Origin: Spirochaetia bacterium
Lineage (GTDB): Bacteria; Spirochaetota; Spirochaetia; B11-G9
DNA: 64,000 nt
Direction of reading: 5' to 3'
Assembly (NCBI GenBank): GCA_029932585.1
Contig: JAOZPU010000001.1
Location: forward strand, 630 to 64,629
Positions 49,875 to 60,233 of this stretch are shown here, piece after piece; position 1 is the first letter of the stretch, and every line of letters begins with the position of its first letter. The notes beneath the pieces are model-generated. The model worked only from the letters and a program-made list of their open reading frames with translations, was not told the DNA's origin and ran no database searches. Made by a program: the position numbers and the translations under genes.

Positions 49875-52078
49875 ACAGCTTTTCTTTTAATTTTAGGATA
49901 TTCAATCCGAGTATGAAAATAACCCGAGAGAATGTTTACAAAACTCTTTTTTATTACTAACATATCGTTCATTGTAAGAGAAGTATTTGACATTTGACCT
50001 CGCTCTATTTTCTCCATAATCAATTTCCATATAAATTTTTCCAATTTTGATATTGTTGGTTTTTTCAATACTCTGGATGCTGCTTCTACTGTATCTGCCA
50101 ACATTACAACTGCCGCTTCTTTTGATTCCGGGGGTATTCCTGTATAAGAATAATCACCAGGCTCTATATTTTTCTTATTACCTTCTTTATTTATGGCTTC
50201 TATATAAAAATACCCAATCAAGCCACTTCCATGATGCTGGGAAATAATCTCAATAACTTCAAAAGGAAGTCCCATCTCTTTAGCTTTCTCCACACCAACT
50301 TTAACATGTGATTTAATTACAGCAACTGAAAGACTGGGATTAAGCATGTCATGTTTATTAGCTTCTGTTTGATTTTCAATAAAATATTCAGGTTGATCAA
50401 GTTTTCCTATGTCATGATAATAAGCACCAACTCTGGCTAACAATGGATTTGCACCAATATCCCTACAAGCAGCATCAGCCAGATTTGCAACAGCCATAGA
50501 ATGGCCATAGGTTCCAGGAGCCATACTTACCATTTTTCTAAATAATGGTGCATTCATATCAGAAAGTTCCATTAATCTGAAAACTGTTGGTATATTTAGA
50601 AAATGTTCAAAAACAGGAATAAGTGTTAGATTTAAAATACTGGAAATAAATGCATTCATAGCTGCATATAAAATGACCATCAAAAGCCAATTGATATCAA
50701 AAATTTTAGGGAATCCAAATAGAAGCACAATAATATTTATAATTGCAAGGAAAACTGCGGGTCTTACAAGATCTATTCTTTTTACAACCCCTTTCATTAA
50801 AAATGCTGCAGAAGTACCTGTAACAAATGAAAAAATAAAACCAGAAATAGTTGCACCAGGAAATAATAATTGTGAAACTGATAAAATTATTACACTTAAA
50901 ATACTTTCTTCAAAACCAATCAATATAACAATCATCATACTAAACAGTGCTGTAGGTAGAAAAAGAGACACACTATAGTTCACTGTAAAATTAAACTGAA
51001 TAATTATTGAAGTATAAATTATAAAAACAAAATAAAAAGCGAGTAATAAATATATATATTGATATTTACGTTTTTTGCCATGGAATAAGGGTTTAAACAT
51101 AAGAATTGCAAAAGTATATAATAATATAAGAAACAAAAAACCTGCTGATATTTGAATAAAATTTATACTTTTATCTTTTTTATTCATGGTTAGAGCTTTT
51201 ACCATATCTTTTGGGGTAACAACAAAACCCTGTTTTATAATATAATCTCCTGGTTTTATTTGCTCCATTACCGGTTCTATCTCTTTTCGTATTTCATCAT
51301 ACCTAAGTTGAGTCTGTACTTCATTAAAAAAAACGTTTTCCTTAACAAAAACACTAACAATAAGCTTTACTGCAGATTTTTCGCTATCAGACATTTTTGT
51401 TAGTAATAATCTGGAATCTATCCAGTTACCCAAGGTCTGTAATGTTACTAAATTATCTGAATCAACAATAGTAAAATTCCTGCGTCCACGTTCCCAGTGC
51501 CATAATTGTATCTTAGATAAATCCTTATAAATTAGCTTATCTGTCTTCTCAATAACACCTTTTAGTAGAACTTCTTCAATTAAGTCAGAGGCTTTTGGGA
51601 TTACGATATAGGGATCAACATCATCTAAAAGAAAGTTTATTTCTTCATTACTGTACAAATTACTATATTGTGATTTAATTTCAGATTTTAAATTTAAATC
51701 TGCAGTATCAGTGTAAAGTAGATATTGTTGTGTAAAAAGAGTAAAATTACTTATTATAGTTTTTGTTTTTTCATTCTCCATTTCAAATATGGGAAAAACT
51801 GAAGAAAGTTCGTCATCAATTTTCATTTGACTGGCTTCAGTATCAATATAACTATAGTTATGATCAGCTATAAGATCTCCTGGTGCAACTTTTCCCTCTT
51901 CAAAGCCGGATAATCTAAATGGAGTTAAAAATATACTATAATGACCTGATGCCATTATTATTAAAAATGTTAGAATAAACGATATAGTAAGAACAATAAC
52001 GGCCTGTTTGTCCTGTTTTGATAAGTTTTGCTTAAATATCATCCTATTTAGTCTCTTTCCCCTCATTTTCGTATGCAT
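49871..52078 (-). CDS. 7TM receptor with an extracellular domain and an intracellular HD/HDIG hydrolase domain (7TMR-HD, YqfF-like).
   Basis: 735 aa with an N-terminal TM helix, a large extracytoplasmic domain, seven TM helices and a C-terminal HD domain (YYHDIGK). The probable true start is MIFKQNLSK (about 52042), just past the phoH stop. Confidence 0.8.
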   Translation of the reverse strand: MHTKMRGKRLNRMIFKQNLSKQDKQAVIVLTISFILTFLIIMASGHYSIFLTPFRLSGFEEGKVAPGDLIADHNYSYIDTEASQMKIDDELSSVFPIFEMENEKTKTIISNFTLFTQQYLLYTDTADLNLKSEIKSQYSNLYSNEEINFLLDDVDPYIVIPKASDLIEEVLLKGVIEKTDKLIYKDLSKIQLWHWERGRRNFTIVDSDNLVTLQTLGNWIDSRLLLTKMSDSEKSAVKLIVSVFVKENVFFNEVQTQLRYDEIRKEIEPVMEQIKPGDYIIKQGFVVTPKDMVKALTMNKKDKSINFIQISAGFLFLILLYTFAILMFKPLFHGKKRKYQYIYLLLAFYFVFIIYTSIIIQFNFTVNYSVSLFLPTALFSMMIVILIGFEESILSVIILSVSQLLFPGATISGFIFSFVTGTSAAFLMKGVVKRIDLVRPAVFLAIINIIVLLFGFPKIFDINWLLMVILYAAMNAFISSILNLTLIPVFEHFLNIPTVFRLMELSDMNAPLFRKMVSMAPGTYGHSMAVANLADAACRDIGANPLLARVGAYYHDIGKLDQPEYFIENQTEANKHDMLNPSLSVAVIKSHVKVGVEKAKEMGLPFEVIEIISQHHGSGLIGYFYIEAINKEGNKKNIEPGDYSYTGIPPESKEAAVVMLADTVEAASRVLKKPTISKLEKFIWKLIMEKIERGQMSNTSLTMNDMLVIKKSFVNILSGYFHTRIEYPKIKRKAV

Positions 52079-53006
52079 TCACAATAGCTTTTACCAGTGA
52101 GCTTCTTACAATATCCTCTGCATCGAAAAATGAAAAGTGAATATCACCTATATCCTTCAAAATTTCCAAACTATGTACTAATCCGGATTTTTTTCTTGAT
52201 GGTAAATCAATTTGAGTTATATCTCCTGTAATTATCGCCTTTGACCCTTCTCCAAGGCGGGTAAGGAACATTTTCATTTGCTCTTTAGTTGTATTTTGAG
52301 CTTCATCCAAAAGAATATAACTATCCTTAAGACTTCTTCCTCTCATATAAGCAAGAGGAGCTATTTCAATAACTCGATTTTCCTCTAATTTTTTAATAAC
52401 ATTAAATGGTATCAAAGAATCAATTGCGTCATACAAAGGTCTGAGATATGGGCTAATTTTCTGATTCAGATCTCCTGGAAGAAATCCCAGACTTTCACCA
52501 GCTTCAACAACTGGTCTTGTTAGAATTAATTTCCGTTTTTTCTTTTCAAGAATTTCTTTTAATGCATGTGCAATTGCCAGATATGTTTTCCCTGTCCCAG
52601 CCGGGCCTACAGCAAATATTATATTTTTATTAAACATCCCTTGTATATAATTAGCCTGGTTATGATTACGTGGAAAAACTTTTGGACTCTTTGGTAGTGA
52701 AATATGTAAATCTTTTAAATTATTTGTATCTAAATCAACTTTTTTACTTATCGATTTGTATAAGGTAGTAACAAGATTGGGGTCTGGAATATGCCCTATT
52801 TTTAAATGATCTATCAATTTTTCTATTAATTTATCAAAAATCTTTTGGACTTCACTATTTGGAGAATTAAGTATTATTTCATTACCTCTTGTAAATACTT
52901 CAACTCCAAAATTATTCTGTATTTCCGTTAGATTAATATCATTGGGACCACACATTTCTCTTAATAAATCCTGACTTTCAATAACAATAATATATTTGTT
53001 GCTCAA
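52044..53006 (-). CDS. phoH: PhoH-like ATPase.
   Basis: 320 aa with the Walker A motif GPAGTGKTYLA and a conserved PhoH C-terminus. Confidence 0.9.
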   Translation of the reverse strand: MSNKYIIVIESQDLLREMCGPNDINLTEIQNNFGVEVFTRGNEIILNSPNSEVQKIFDKLIEKLIDHLKIGHIPDPNLVTTLYKSISKKVDLDTNNLKDLHISLPKSPKVFPRNHNQANYIQGMFNKNIIFAVGPAGTGKTYLAIAHALKEILEKKKRKLILTRPVVEAGESLGFLPGDLNQKISPYLRPLYDAIDSLIPFNVIKKLEENRVIEIAPLAYMRGRSLKDSYILLDEAQNTTKEQMKMFLTRLGEGSKAIITGDITQIDLPSRKKSGLVHSLEILKDIGDIHFSFFDAEDIVRSSLVKAIVNAYENEGKETK

Positions 53007-53061
53007 AATTACCCCTTATTATATGATTCTAGCTATCATTTAAATAAAACGTCAAGTCTTT

Positions 53062-56000
53062 TCAATTTAAAAATAATTCATTCTCAGAATAGTTTATATT
53101 TTTTTTAATCTCTGGAACTGGTTTCCATGTTACAAATATACTGAAATTTGATTTCCACTGATACTCAGTAAAATCATTAACAGTTACCAGTATAGGTTCT
53201 CCTGAATATTCCAAACTAAGATCCCAATCACTTAAATGGTGGATAGCTGTTATTCCTATATATTCTAAATTAAAATTTGAAGCAAGCCTGTCTTCATTGT
53301 TAAAGAAATTGAATGATTTTAATAAATCTGAAAAAATATTTATATCAGGTAGTCCTATTTCAGAAGAATTACCAGGGACATACCTGTATGTTGCTCGATT
53401 AACAGATTTTGATTTAAAAGATAACTCCAGAAATTCTGCAATATACAGTGAAAAATTTAGATCAAACGTAAATGATGTATCAGTATATTTTTGAAGATTC
53501 ATAGCCCATGTAGAATCTATATTCAATGATAATTGTACACGATTTTTCCAAAATGGATCAGGATTGTATTTATAATTAATAGCTGCAGATGCTTTAGAGG
53601 GTTGAAATTTACTTTCAGATTCAGGCAGCCAGCCATTGGGAAGCAAAAAATAAGAACCTTTTATATCCTCTAACAAATAATTTAATGTTAAAAACCAGAG
53701 CTGTATATCTGTAGAGGACTTAGTAAAAGATGTACTATTTAAATTTATATCAAAATTTTCTCGTAAAATAACATTTGAGTCAAATTTATCAATAAACAAT
53801 TCACTCCTTGAAAAGCTATTCTCCATATTGTTAAAATCCAATGATAAAGTTTGTTTATAATAGTCTTTATCGAAAAAATTATATTGGATATAACCTATAT
53901 AGGGCTTAACTAACCAATGGTTTTCAGATTGATCCTCTAGTAAATGAAATTCAGTTTTTAATCCTCCGATAATATTCCATAGATAAAAAATTCCTTCAGG
54001 ATAAAGTTCAATATTTTGAGGAGGTAATATTATATCTAATTTAATAGTTTGATAATTTATTGAATCATAAATTTTCAAAGCCAAACTTGATTTGTGATTT
54101 GTAATACTGTCAGTGTTCCATAAAAAATAGTTATTCTGGAAACTATCAAAATCTGAATCCCAAAATCTGTTATAAAGAGTTGTATTTAAGGTGTATGAAA
54201 CAATAGATTCTTCCAATAAGTTATTATTTATAAAAGGTTTACTTGATAGTACAATATTATCTGTTAATTTATAATTACTAGCATTTTTATCCTGCAAAAT
54301 ATAGGAATTCCAAACATCAACTTCTACTGTAGAATTGAAGTGTTCTTTATAATTCGTAGAAAATATTGATTTATTACTTAGATTCAACAAAGATTCATAA
54401 ATATTTAATGAATAGTCTAAAGAAGATGTAGTTTGTGCTGAAAAAATTGAATAATCAGATTTATAGTTAATATCCAGGGAGGTCTCCGGTATATCGGTAC
54501 TAAAAATAGAATTAACAGAAATTGATGGAACTATAGAATATTTTAATGTATGTGTAAATTGTTTAGGTTCATTCTGTATCTCTAAAATGATATTTCCCAG
54601 GAGTTCAGGAGAGTCAATTATGCCTTCATTTTCAGTTTTTTTAGAAACAACAGATTTATCTACCAAAGGATCAATAAGATAAGAAAACAATTCTTTATCA
54701 ATATCTAAACTTGAATCAGGTATTTGAATATCTTTACTTTGAAAAATAGTACCAGCTATTTTTCCGGACATATCCGGAAGTATCAGGCTTGAAGGATAAT
54801 AAAAAGATAATTGATCATCAAAAACATAATTATTATCTAAAAGAAGCTGATTTTCAGGATGTTCAATTACTGAGCTTAGCCAGTTAAGTTTTATATTTAT
54901 TTTATCCAGAGAAAGGTTCTCGATAAATGGTGATAATAGTTGTGTAGAGGGATTTAGAGTTCCTGTCAGGTTCCAACTTAATGATGTCTTCTCATTTTCT
55001 TTATCAGTTTTAATGACATCTTCTGTATTAATTAATTCAGTCCATTTCACACCTTCTTCACGATTTAAAAAATGTGATCTAAATTTTGAATCAGAATATA
55101 TTGGTAAATCCATAGATAATTTACCCCAATCTGTTTCAAGATCTATTCCCAGATCAAAAGCAAAACGAAAGGGTAAAAGTAAACCAAAAAAATTGGATGT
55201 TTCATAATCGGAGACATAGGAGCCATTTGCGTCCACCCTAAGGGGCGTATATATATCAAACTCATTATCCATGTATAGATATCTGCTTATTGCTAATCCT
55301 GTAAATATATCAATATTTTTAAAAAAATTATCATATTTTAAAGTACCATCCAATCCTAAAAAAAAACCTTTCCTGGTATAATAATCTGCAAGCAGTTTAA
55401 GATTTGATCCATTATTATATGGCCATCTGTTTTTATCCAAATCCAAGTCTGTTTCTCTAAGAAAAAATCCTTCTCTATATTTAATTTTTAATTCAGAATC
55501 ATCATTTTTACTTTTTAGAAATGAAAAGTTATCTTCCTCAGATTCATCTTTTACACCTATAAGATAAGTACTGGTATTTATGAAATATCCTTCAACCTCT
55601 TTATAACCAAATGCAGGATTAAATATTAATTCATCTCCTGGAAGAAAAAAGAAAGGAATATACATAACAGGTATCCTTCCAACATATAAAGCAGCATTTT
55701 TGATTGCCCATTCTCCAGGTCCTAATATCCATATTTTTTCTGCATCTAATCTATAATAAGGATCTTTATTTTTACTTGATGTAATACTACCATTATTTAA
55801 TTCAACACGATCACCACTTCCACGATAAATATTTTCTCCGGAAAAAAAGAATTTCACATCTTCTGTCTTTTTCGATTCTTTATTCATAATATCACGATTA
55901 GTTTCACTTACACCCTGGAAAAAGATACCTTCCCAGTTTTCAATTTCAAAAACTAAACTTTCACCATAAAAATACTCAACTTTGTCAGCTCGATTTATTT

Positions 56001-56454
56001 CATATATTATATTTCCGGAAGCACTAATTGTTTTTTCAGATTGATTAAAAACAATTTTATCTGCATTTATTTTATGAGAAGTTTTATTATCAAAATCTAT
56101 CATTTCCAGAGCAACTTCACCCTCAAGTATTATATAGTTCTGATCTATTGAAATATTTTTTATATAATTAAGCTCTTTAGCTGAATCAATTATTATTGAG
56201 CGCCCTTCAGATAAATCTTTTGTTTTTATATCTTCTTCAAGATTATAGTGTGAATAAAGCATAGCTCGTAGATCATCAATACTACCTGTAGATTCGAGCC
56301 CCAGATCATCTGCCCAAAGAATAAGATCATAATAATTAGTTGTTTTGATATCTAAAACAAGAGTGTCATCTATAAGATTGTTTTCCTGACAGAATATATT
56401 ATAAGGTATATATATACTAAAAAAAAATAGAATTAAAACAGCTTGTTTTAACAT
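53062..56454 (-). CDS. Large LptD/OstA-like outer-membrane LPS-assembly protein (tentative).
   Basis: 1130 aa with a signal peptide and an N-terminal OstA/LptA-like jellyroll segment (IILEGEVALEMIDFD...KINADKIVFNQSEKTISASGNIIYEI). A long aromatic-rich C-terminal region looks like a beta-barrel. Its start overlaps the uvrA stop by 7 nt. A uvrA-lptD neighbourhood occurs in Treponema. Confidence 0.55.
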   Translation of the reverse strand: MLKQAVLILFFFSIYIPYNIFCQENNLIDDTLVLDIKTTNYYDLILWADDLGLESTGSIDDLRAMLYSHYNLEEDIKTKDLSEGRSIIIDSAKELNYIKNISIDQNYIILEGEVALEMIDFDNKTSHKINADKIVFNQSEKTISASGNIIYEINRADKVEYFYGESLVFEIENWEGIFFQGVSETNRDIMNKESKKTEDVKFFFSGENIYRGSGDRVELNNGSITSSKNKDPYYRLDAEKIWILGPGEWAIKNAALYVGRIPVMYIPFFFLPGDELIFNPAFGYKEVEGYFINTSTYLIGVKDESEEDNFSFLKSKNDDSELKIKYREGFFLRETDLDLDKNRWPYNNGSNLKLLADYYTRKGFFLGLDGTLKYDNFFKNIDIFTGLAISRYLYMDNEFDIYTPLRVDANGSYVSDYETSNFFGLLLPFRFAFDLGIDLETDWGKLSMDLPIYSDSKFRSHFLNREEGVKWTELINTEDVIKTDKENEKTSLSWNLTGTLNPSTQLLSPFIENLSLDKINIKLNWLSSVIEHPENQLLLDNNYVFDDQLSFYYPSSLILPDMSGKIAGTIFQSKDIQIPDSSLDIDKELFSYLIDPLVDKSVVSKKTENEGIIDSPELLGNIILEIQNEPKQFTHTLKYSIVPSISVNSIFSTDIPETSLDINYKSDYSIFSAQTTSSLDYSLNIYESLLNLSNKSIFSTNYKEHFNSTVEVDVWNSYILQDKNASNYKLTDNIVLSSKPFINNNLLEESIVSYTLNTTLYNRFWDSDFDSFQNNYFLWNTDSITNHKSSLALKIYDSINYQTIKLDIILPPQNIELYPEGIFYLWNIIGGLKTEFHLLEDQSENHWLVKPYIGYIQYNFFDKDYYKQTLSLDFNNMENSFSRSELFIDKFDSNVILRENFDINLNSTSFTKSSTDIQLWFLTLNYLLEDIKGSYFLLPNGWLPESESKFQPSKASAAINYKYNPDPFWKNRVQLSLNIDSTWAMNLQKYTDTSFTFDLNFSLYIAEFLELSFKSKSVNRATYRYVPGNSSEIGLPDINIFSDLLKSFNFFNNEDRLASNFNLEYIGITAIHHLSDWDLSLEYSGEPILVTVNDFTEYQWKSNFSIFVTWKPVPEIKKNINYSENELFLN

Positions 56455-59267
56455 TTATCTTTTTTTAAATAGAAGCCTGTATATGAATGAGGATTTTCAG
56501 CTACTTCCTCGGGTGTTCCGATAGCAATAACTTCACCACCATTTGCCCCACCTTCAGGACCAAGGTCGATAATATGATCTGACTGCCATATAACATCAAG
56601 ATTATGTTCTATTAGAGCAATAGTATTTCCTTTATCTACCAAAGCATGGAGTACTTCCAATAGTTTTTTTACATCTATAAAGTGGAGTCCGGTAGTAGGC
56701 TCATCAAGAATGTAAAAGGTTTTGCCTGTACTTCTTTTCGATAACTCCAGACTAAGTTTAACCCTTTGGGCTTCACCTCCGGAGAGAGTTAAAGCAGATT
56801 GTCCAAGTTTCAAATAATCAAGACCTACAGAGTTTAATGTAACAAGTTTATTTTTTATTTTGGGTATTTTTTCAAAAAAAACAGCAGCTTCTTCAATTGT
56901 CATTTCCAGAATATCATGAATATTTTTACCTTTATAACGAATATCAAGAGTATCTGTATTAAATCTTTTCCCCTTACATACATCACATGTTATATATACA
57001 TCCGGTAAAAAATGCATTTCAATTTTTTTTGTTCCAGCACCCTGACAATTTTCACATCGGCCGCCTTTAACATTAAAAGAAAATCGACCGGCTTTATACC
57101 CTCGGGCTTTTGATTCAGGTAATGATGCATAGAGATCCCTTATAGGGGTAAACAAACCTACATATGTTGCAGGATTTGATCTGGGAGTCCTTCCAATAGC
57201 ACTTTGATCTATATTTATAATTTTATCGATAAACTCAATACCCTTAATTGAGTCATAAGCCCCTACTTTGTGCTTTGACCTGTTTAAATTATTCGCTATA
57301 AGGGGAAATAGAATATCAGACAACAATGTCGATTTTCCAGAACCGGAAACTCCTGTAATTGCAATAAGTTTATTTAAAGGGAACTCAACTGAAATATTTT
57401 TTAAATTATGCTCACGAGCACCAGTAATTAGTATTCTTTCCCCATTACCTTTTCTGCGTTCCTTTCTTTCAGGAATAACTATCTTACCACTTAAATACAT
57501 TCCTGTAATACTTTTTTTGTTGTTTAATATCTCTTTAAGTGTCCCCTGACCAATAACATGACCACCATGGACACCTGCTCCAGGCCCAAGATCCACAATA
57601 TAATCTGCTGCACGCAAAGTCATTTCATCATGTTCAACAACAATTAAAGTATTTCCAATATCTCTTAAATGTTTCAAAGTCTCAATTAATCTCTGATTAT
57701 CTCTTTGATGGAGTCCAATAGTAGGTTCATCCAGTATGTATAGAACACCCATTAAAGATGATCCAATTTGTGTAGCCAGTCTAATTCGCTGAGCTTCCCC
57801 ACCTGATAATGTAGAAGCTTTTCTATGTAGTGTTAGATAATTCAAACCTACACTTTTTAGGAAATTCAGGCGTTCAACAATTTCTTTCATAATTTGCGCG
57901 GAAATAAATTTATCAGTATCATTAAGTTTCAATGAAGTAAAAAAGGATATGGACTCTTCAATATCAAGTTCAGAAACCTCATTAATGTTGAAATTCCCTA
58001 CTGTAACTGATAAGCTTTCTTTACTTAGCCTTTTACCATTACATAATTCGCACTCTTTTTGGGACATATACCTTTCAAGCCAATCTTTTACACCATCAGA
58101 ACTTGTTTCAAGATATCTTCGTTTTAAATCGTTAAGAACTCCTATATATTTTGAAGAGTACTCATACCTTCCGGATTTAGCTTTATTTACATATGTAACA
58201 TCTATAGTTTCATCTGTTCCATGTAGAATCATCCCAATTATATCATCCGACAATTCTTCAAGAGGTGTATCCAGACTAAAACCAAGATGATTAGCAAGAG
58301 ATTCAAACCAACTTCTGTGCCATGCTGCCTTAGGGTTAATTGTTGCAATTCCACCTTTATTAAAAGATAGGCTTCTATCAGGAATAACAAGATCAGGATC
58401 AAATTCCAAAGTATTACCTAACCCGGAACATTTTGGACAAGCTCCATAAGGGTTATTGAAGGAAAATAAACGGGGCTGAAGTTCGGGCATACTAAACCCG
58501 CATTCATAACAGGCATTTTTTCTGGAAAAAAAGGTTTCTTTATTTTCATTATCTTTAAACTCTACTACTATTAAAGATCCATCTGTTACTTCCAAAGCAG
58601 TTTCAACAGATTCGGATATTCTTTTTCGATTATCCTTTTTAACTTTCACCCTTGAAATAACTATTTCAATATCATGTTTGTTATTTTTTTTGAGTTTTAT
58701 ATCTTCATCTAAATTATAAATATTTCCATCCACTCTAATTCGCGCAAACCCAGACTTTGCAGCGTCTGAAAACACTTGTTGATGTTCACCTTTTTTACCA
58801 CGTATAACCGGAGCCAAAATCATTATACGACTACCTTCCGGAAAAGCCATAATAGTATCCAGAATTTGATCAATGGATTGTTCCTGTATGGGTTTTCCAC
58901 ATTCAGGGCAATGGGCTTTACCAATTCGTGCCCACAATAACCTGAAATAGTCATATATTTCTGTAACTGTACCCACTGTAGAACGTGGATTTCTGTGGGT
59001 TGTTTTTTGTTCAATTGAAATTGCTGGAGAAAGGCCCTCTATATAATCAACATCAGGTTTCTCCAGTCTACCAAGGAACTGCCTTGCATAGGCAGATAAG
59101 GACTCAACATAACGTCTTTGGCCTTCTGCAAAAATGGTATCAAAGGCAAGAGAAGATTTACCGGAGCCACTTATACCTGAAATAACTATTAGCTTGTCCC
59201 TGGGGAGTTCAATACTAATATTTTTAAGATTGTGCTCCCTGGCACCTTTTATAATAATTTTATCCAT
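56448..59267 (-). CDS. uvrA: Excinuclease ABC subunit A.
   Basis: 939 aa with two ABC ATPase modules (GISGSGKSSLA and GVSGSGKSTL) and zinc-finger Cys clusters. Confidence 0.95.
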   Translation of the reverse strand: MDKIIIKGAREHNLKNISIELPRDKLIVISGISGSGKSSLAFDTIFAEGQRRYVESLSAYARQFLGRLEKPDVDYIEGLSPAISIEQKTTHRNPRSTVGTVTEIYDYFRLLWARIGKAHCPECGKPIQEQSIDQILDTIMAFPEGSRIMILAPVIRGKKGEHQQVFSDAAKSGFARIRVDGNIYNLDEDIKLKKNNKHDIEIVISRVKVKKDNRKRISESVETALEVTDGSLIVVEFKDNENKETFFSRKNACYECGFSMPELQPRLFSFNNPYGACPKCSGLGNTLEFDPDLVIPDRSLSFNKGGIATINPKAAWHRSWFESLANHLGFSLDTPLEELSDDIIGMILHGTDETIDVTYVNKAKSGRYEYSSKYIGVLNDLKRRYLETSSDGVKDWLERYMSQKECELCNGKRLSKESLSVTVGNFNINEVSELDIEESISFFTSLKLNDTDKFISAQIMKEIVERLNFLKSVGLNYLTLHRKASTLSGGEAQRIRLATQIGSSLMGVLYILDEPTIGLHQRDNQRLIETLKHLRDIGNTLIVVEHDEMTLRAADYIVDLGPGAGVHGGHVIGQGTLKEILNNKKSITGMYLSGKIVIPERKERRKGNGERILITGAREHNLKNISVEFPLNKLIAITGVSGSGKSTLLSDILFPLIANNLNRSKHKVGAYDSIKGIEFIDKIINIDQSAIGRTPRSNPATYVGLFTPIRDLYASLPESKARGYKAGRFSFNVKGGRCENCQGAGTKKIEMHFLPDVYITCDVCKGKRFNTDTLDIRYKGKNIHDILEMTIEEAAVFFEKIPKIKNKLVTLNSVGLDYLKLGQSALTLSGGEAQRVKLSLELSKRSTGKTFYILDEPTTGLHFIDVKKLLEVLHALVDKGNTIALIEHNLDVIWQSDHIIDLGPEGGANGGEVIAIGTPEEVAENPHSYTGFYLKKDKC

Positions 59268-59345
59268 ATAGTCAGAAAGGTACGATATTTTGATTTTTTC
59301 CGCAAGTTTATTTAAATTATTCCTTATAGATAATATATTTTTAGT

Positions 59346-60233
59346 TTATCCGGGGTTTGAAAGAAATCCCCACTTACCAGATTCAGGACGAATATATATT
59401 TTTTCAAGAATATATGATCCACTATCTTCTTTTCCTGAATTTTTTAAAGATTTACCAAGATAATAGAAATATTCATAAAAAGAATTTCTTATAAAAAACT
59501 TGTTTAAATTATAATCCTGTTTAACGAGATCAAATATATTTTCTAGAGATTTATCAGTGCTTTCATCTATTAGAAAAACAAAATAAGGATCTATAATTTT
59601 AATCTGTTCTACTGAGGTAGTAATAATTGATCCTGTAGCCTGCATTAAATACTCTATAGCAAGATCCCATTCATTAGTTTCATAATAATATTTTCCAAGT
59701 AAACTATAGGCTTTTAAAGAGATCTTTCCATTAGGTCTATATAACTCTATAAACTTATCATATCCTCTTTTCTTTAATACATCTAACATAACAGTTTTCA
59801 AATTTGATGTAGCAATTCCTTCTTTGGAAATATCAATAATTTTTTTTAAATATAAAGTATAATTATTGTAGTTTCCTTGCTTATAATAAATATTTGCCAA
59901 TTTATATAAAATTCGATACTGATCTTCTAAAATAACTAATTGCTTTTTATGCTCCAGAGCAAGCTCCAGATGTTTAATTGCTAAATCATATTCATTTTCT
60001 TTATCTAATATAAGTCCAATCCACATTTCAGATTCAGGGTTTCCTGGATATGACTCCAGAATTTTTCGAAAACTGAAAATAGCTTCACCACTTTCCCCAG
60101 ATTCTACCTTTTGTATTGCATCATCTATTTTTAACCAAAGAGGTTTTTCGTCTGATAATTCACTTGTTTGAGCTAAAAGATTAAAACTTATAACAATATA
60201 TAAGATTGATAGAATAAAATAACTAATTTTCAA
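59346..60233 (-). CDS. Exported TPR-repeat protein.
   Basis: 295 aa with a signal peptide and TPR repeats. It overlaps the ispG 3' end by 4 nt. Confidence 0.55.
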   Translation of the reverse strand: MKISYFILSILYIVISFNLLAQTSELSDEKPLWLKIDDAIQKVESGESGEAIFSFRKILESYPGNPESEMWIGLILDKENEYDLAIKHLELALEHKKQLVILEDQYRILYKLANIYYKQGNYNNYTLYLKKIIDISKEGIATSNLKTVMLDVLKKRGYDKFIELYRPNGKISLKAYSLLGKYYYETNEWDLAIEYLMQATGSIITTSVEQIKIIDPYFVFLIDESTDKSLENIFDLVKQDYNLNKFFIRNSFYEYFYYLGKSLKNSGKEDSGSYILEKIYIRPESGKWGFLSNPG

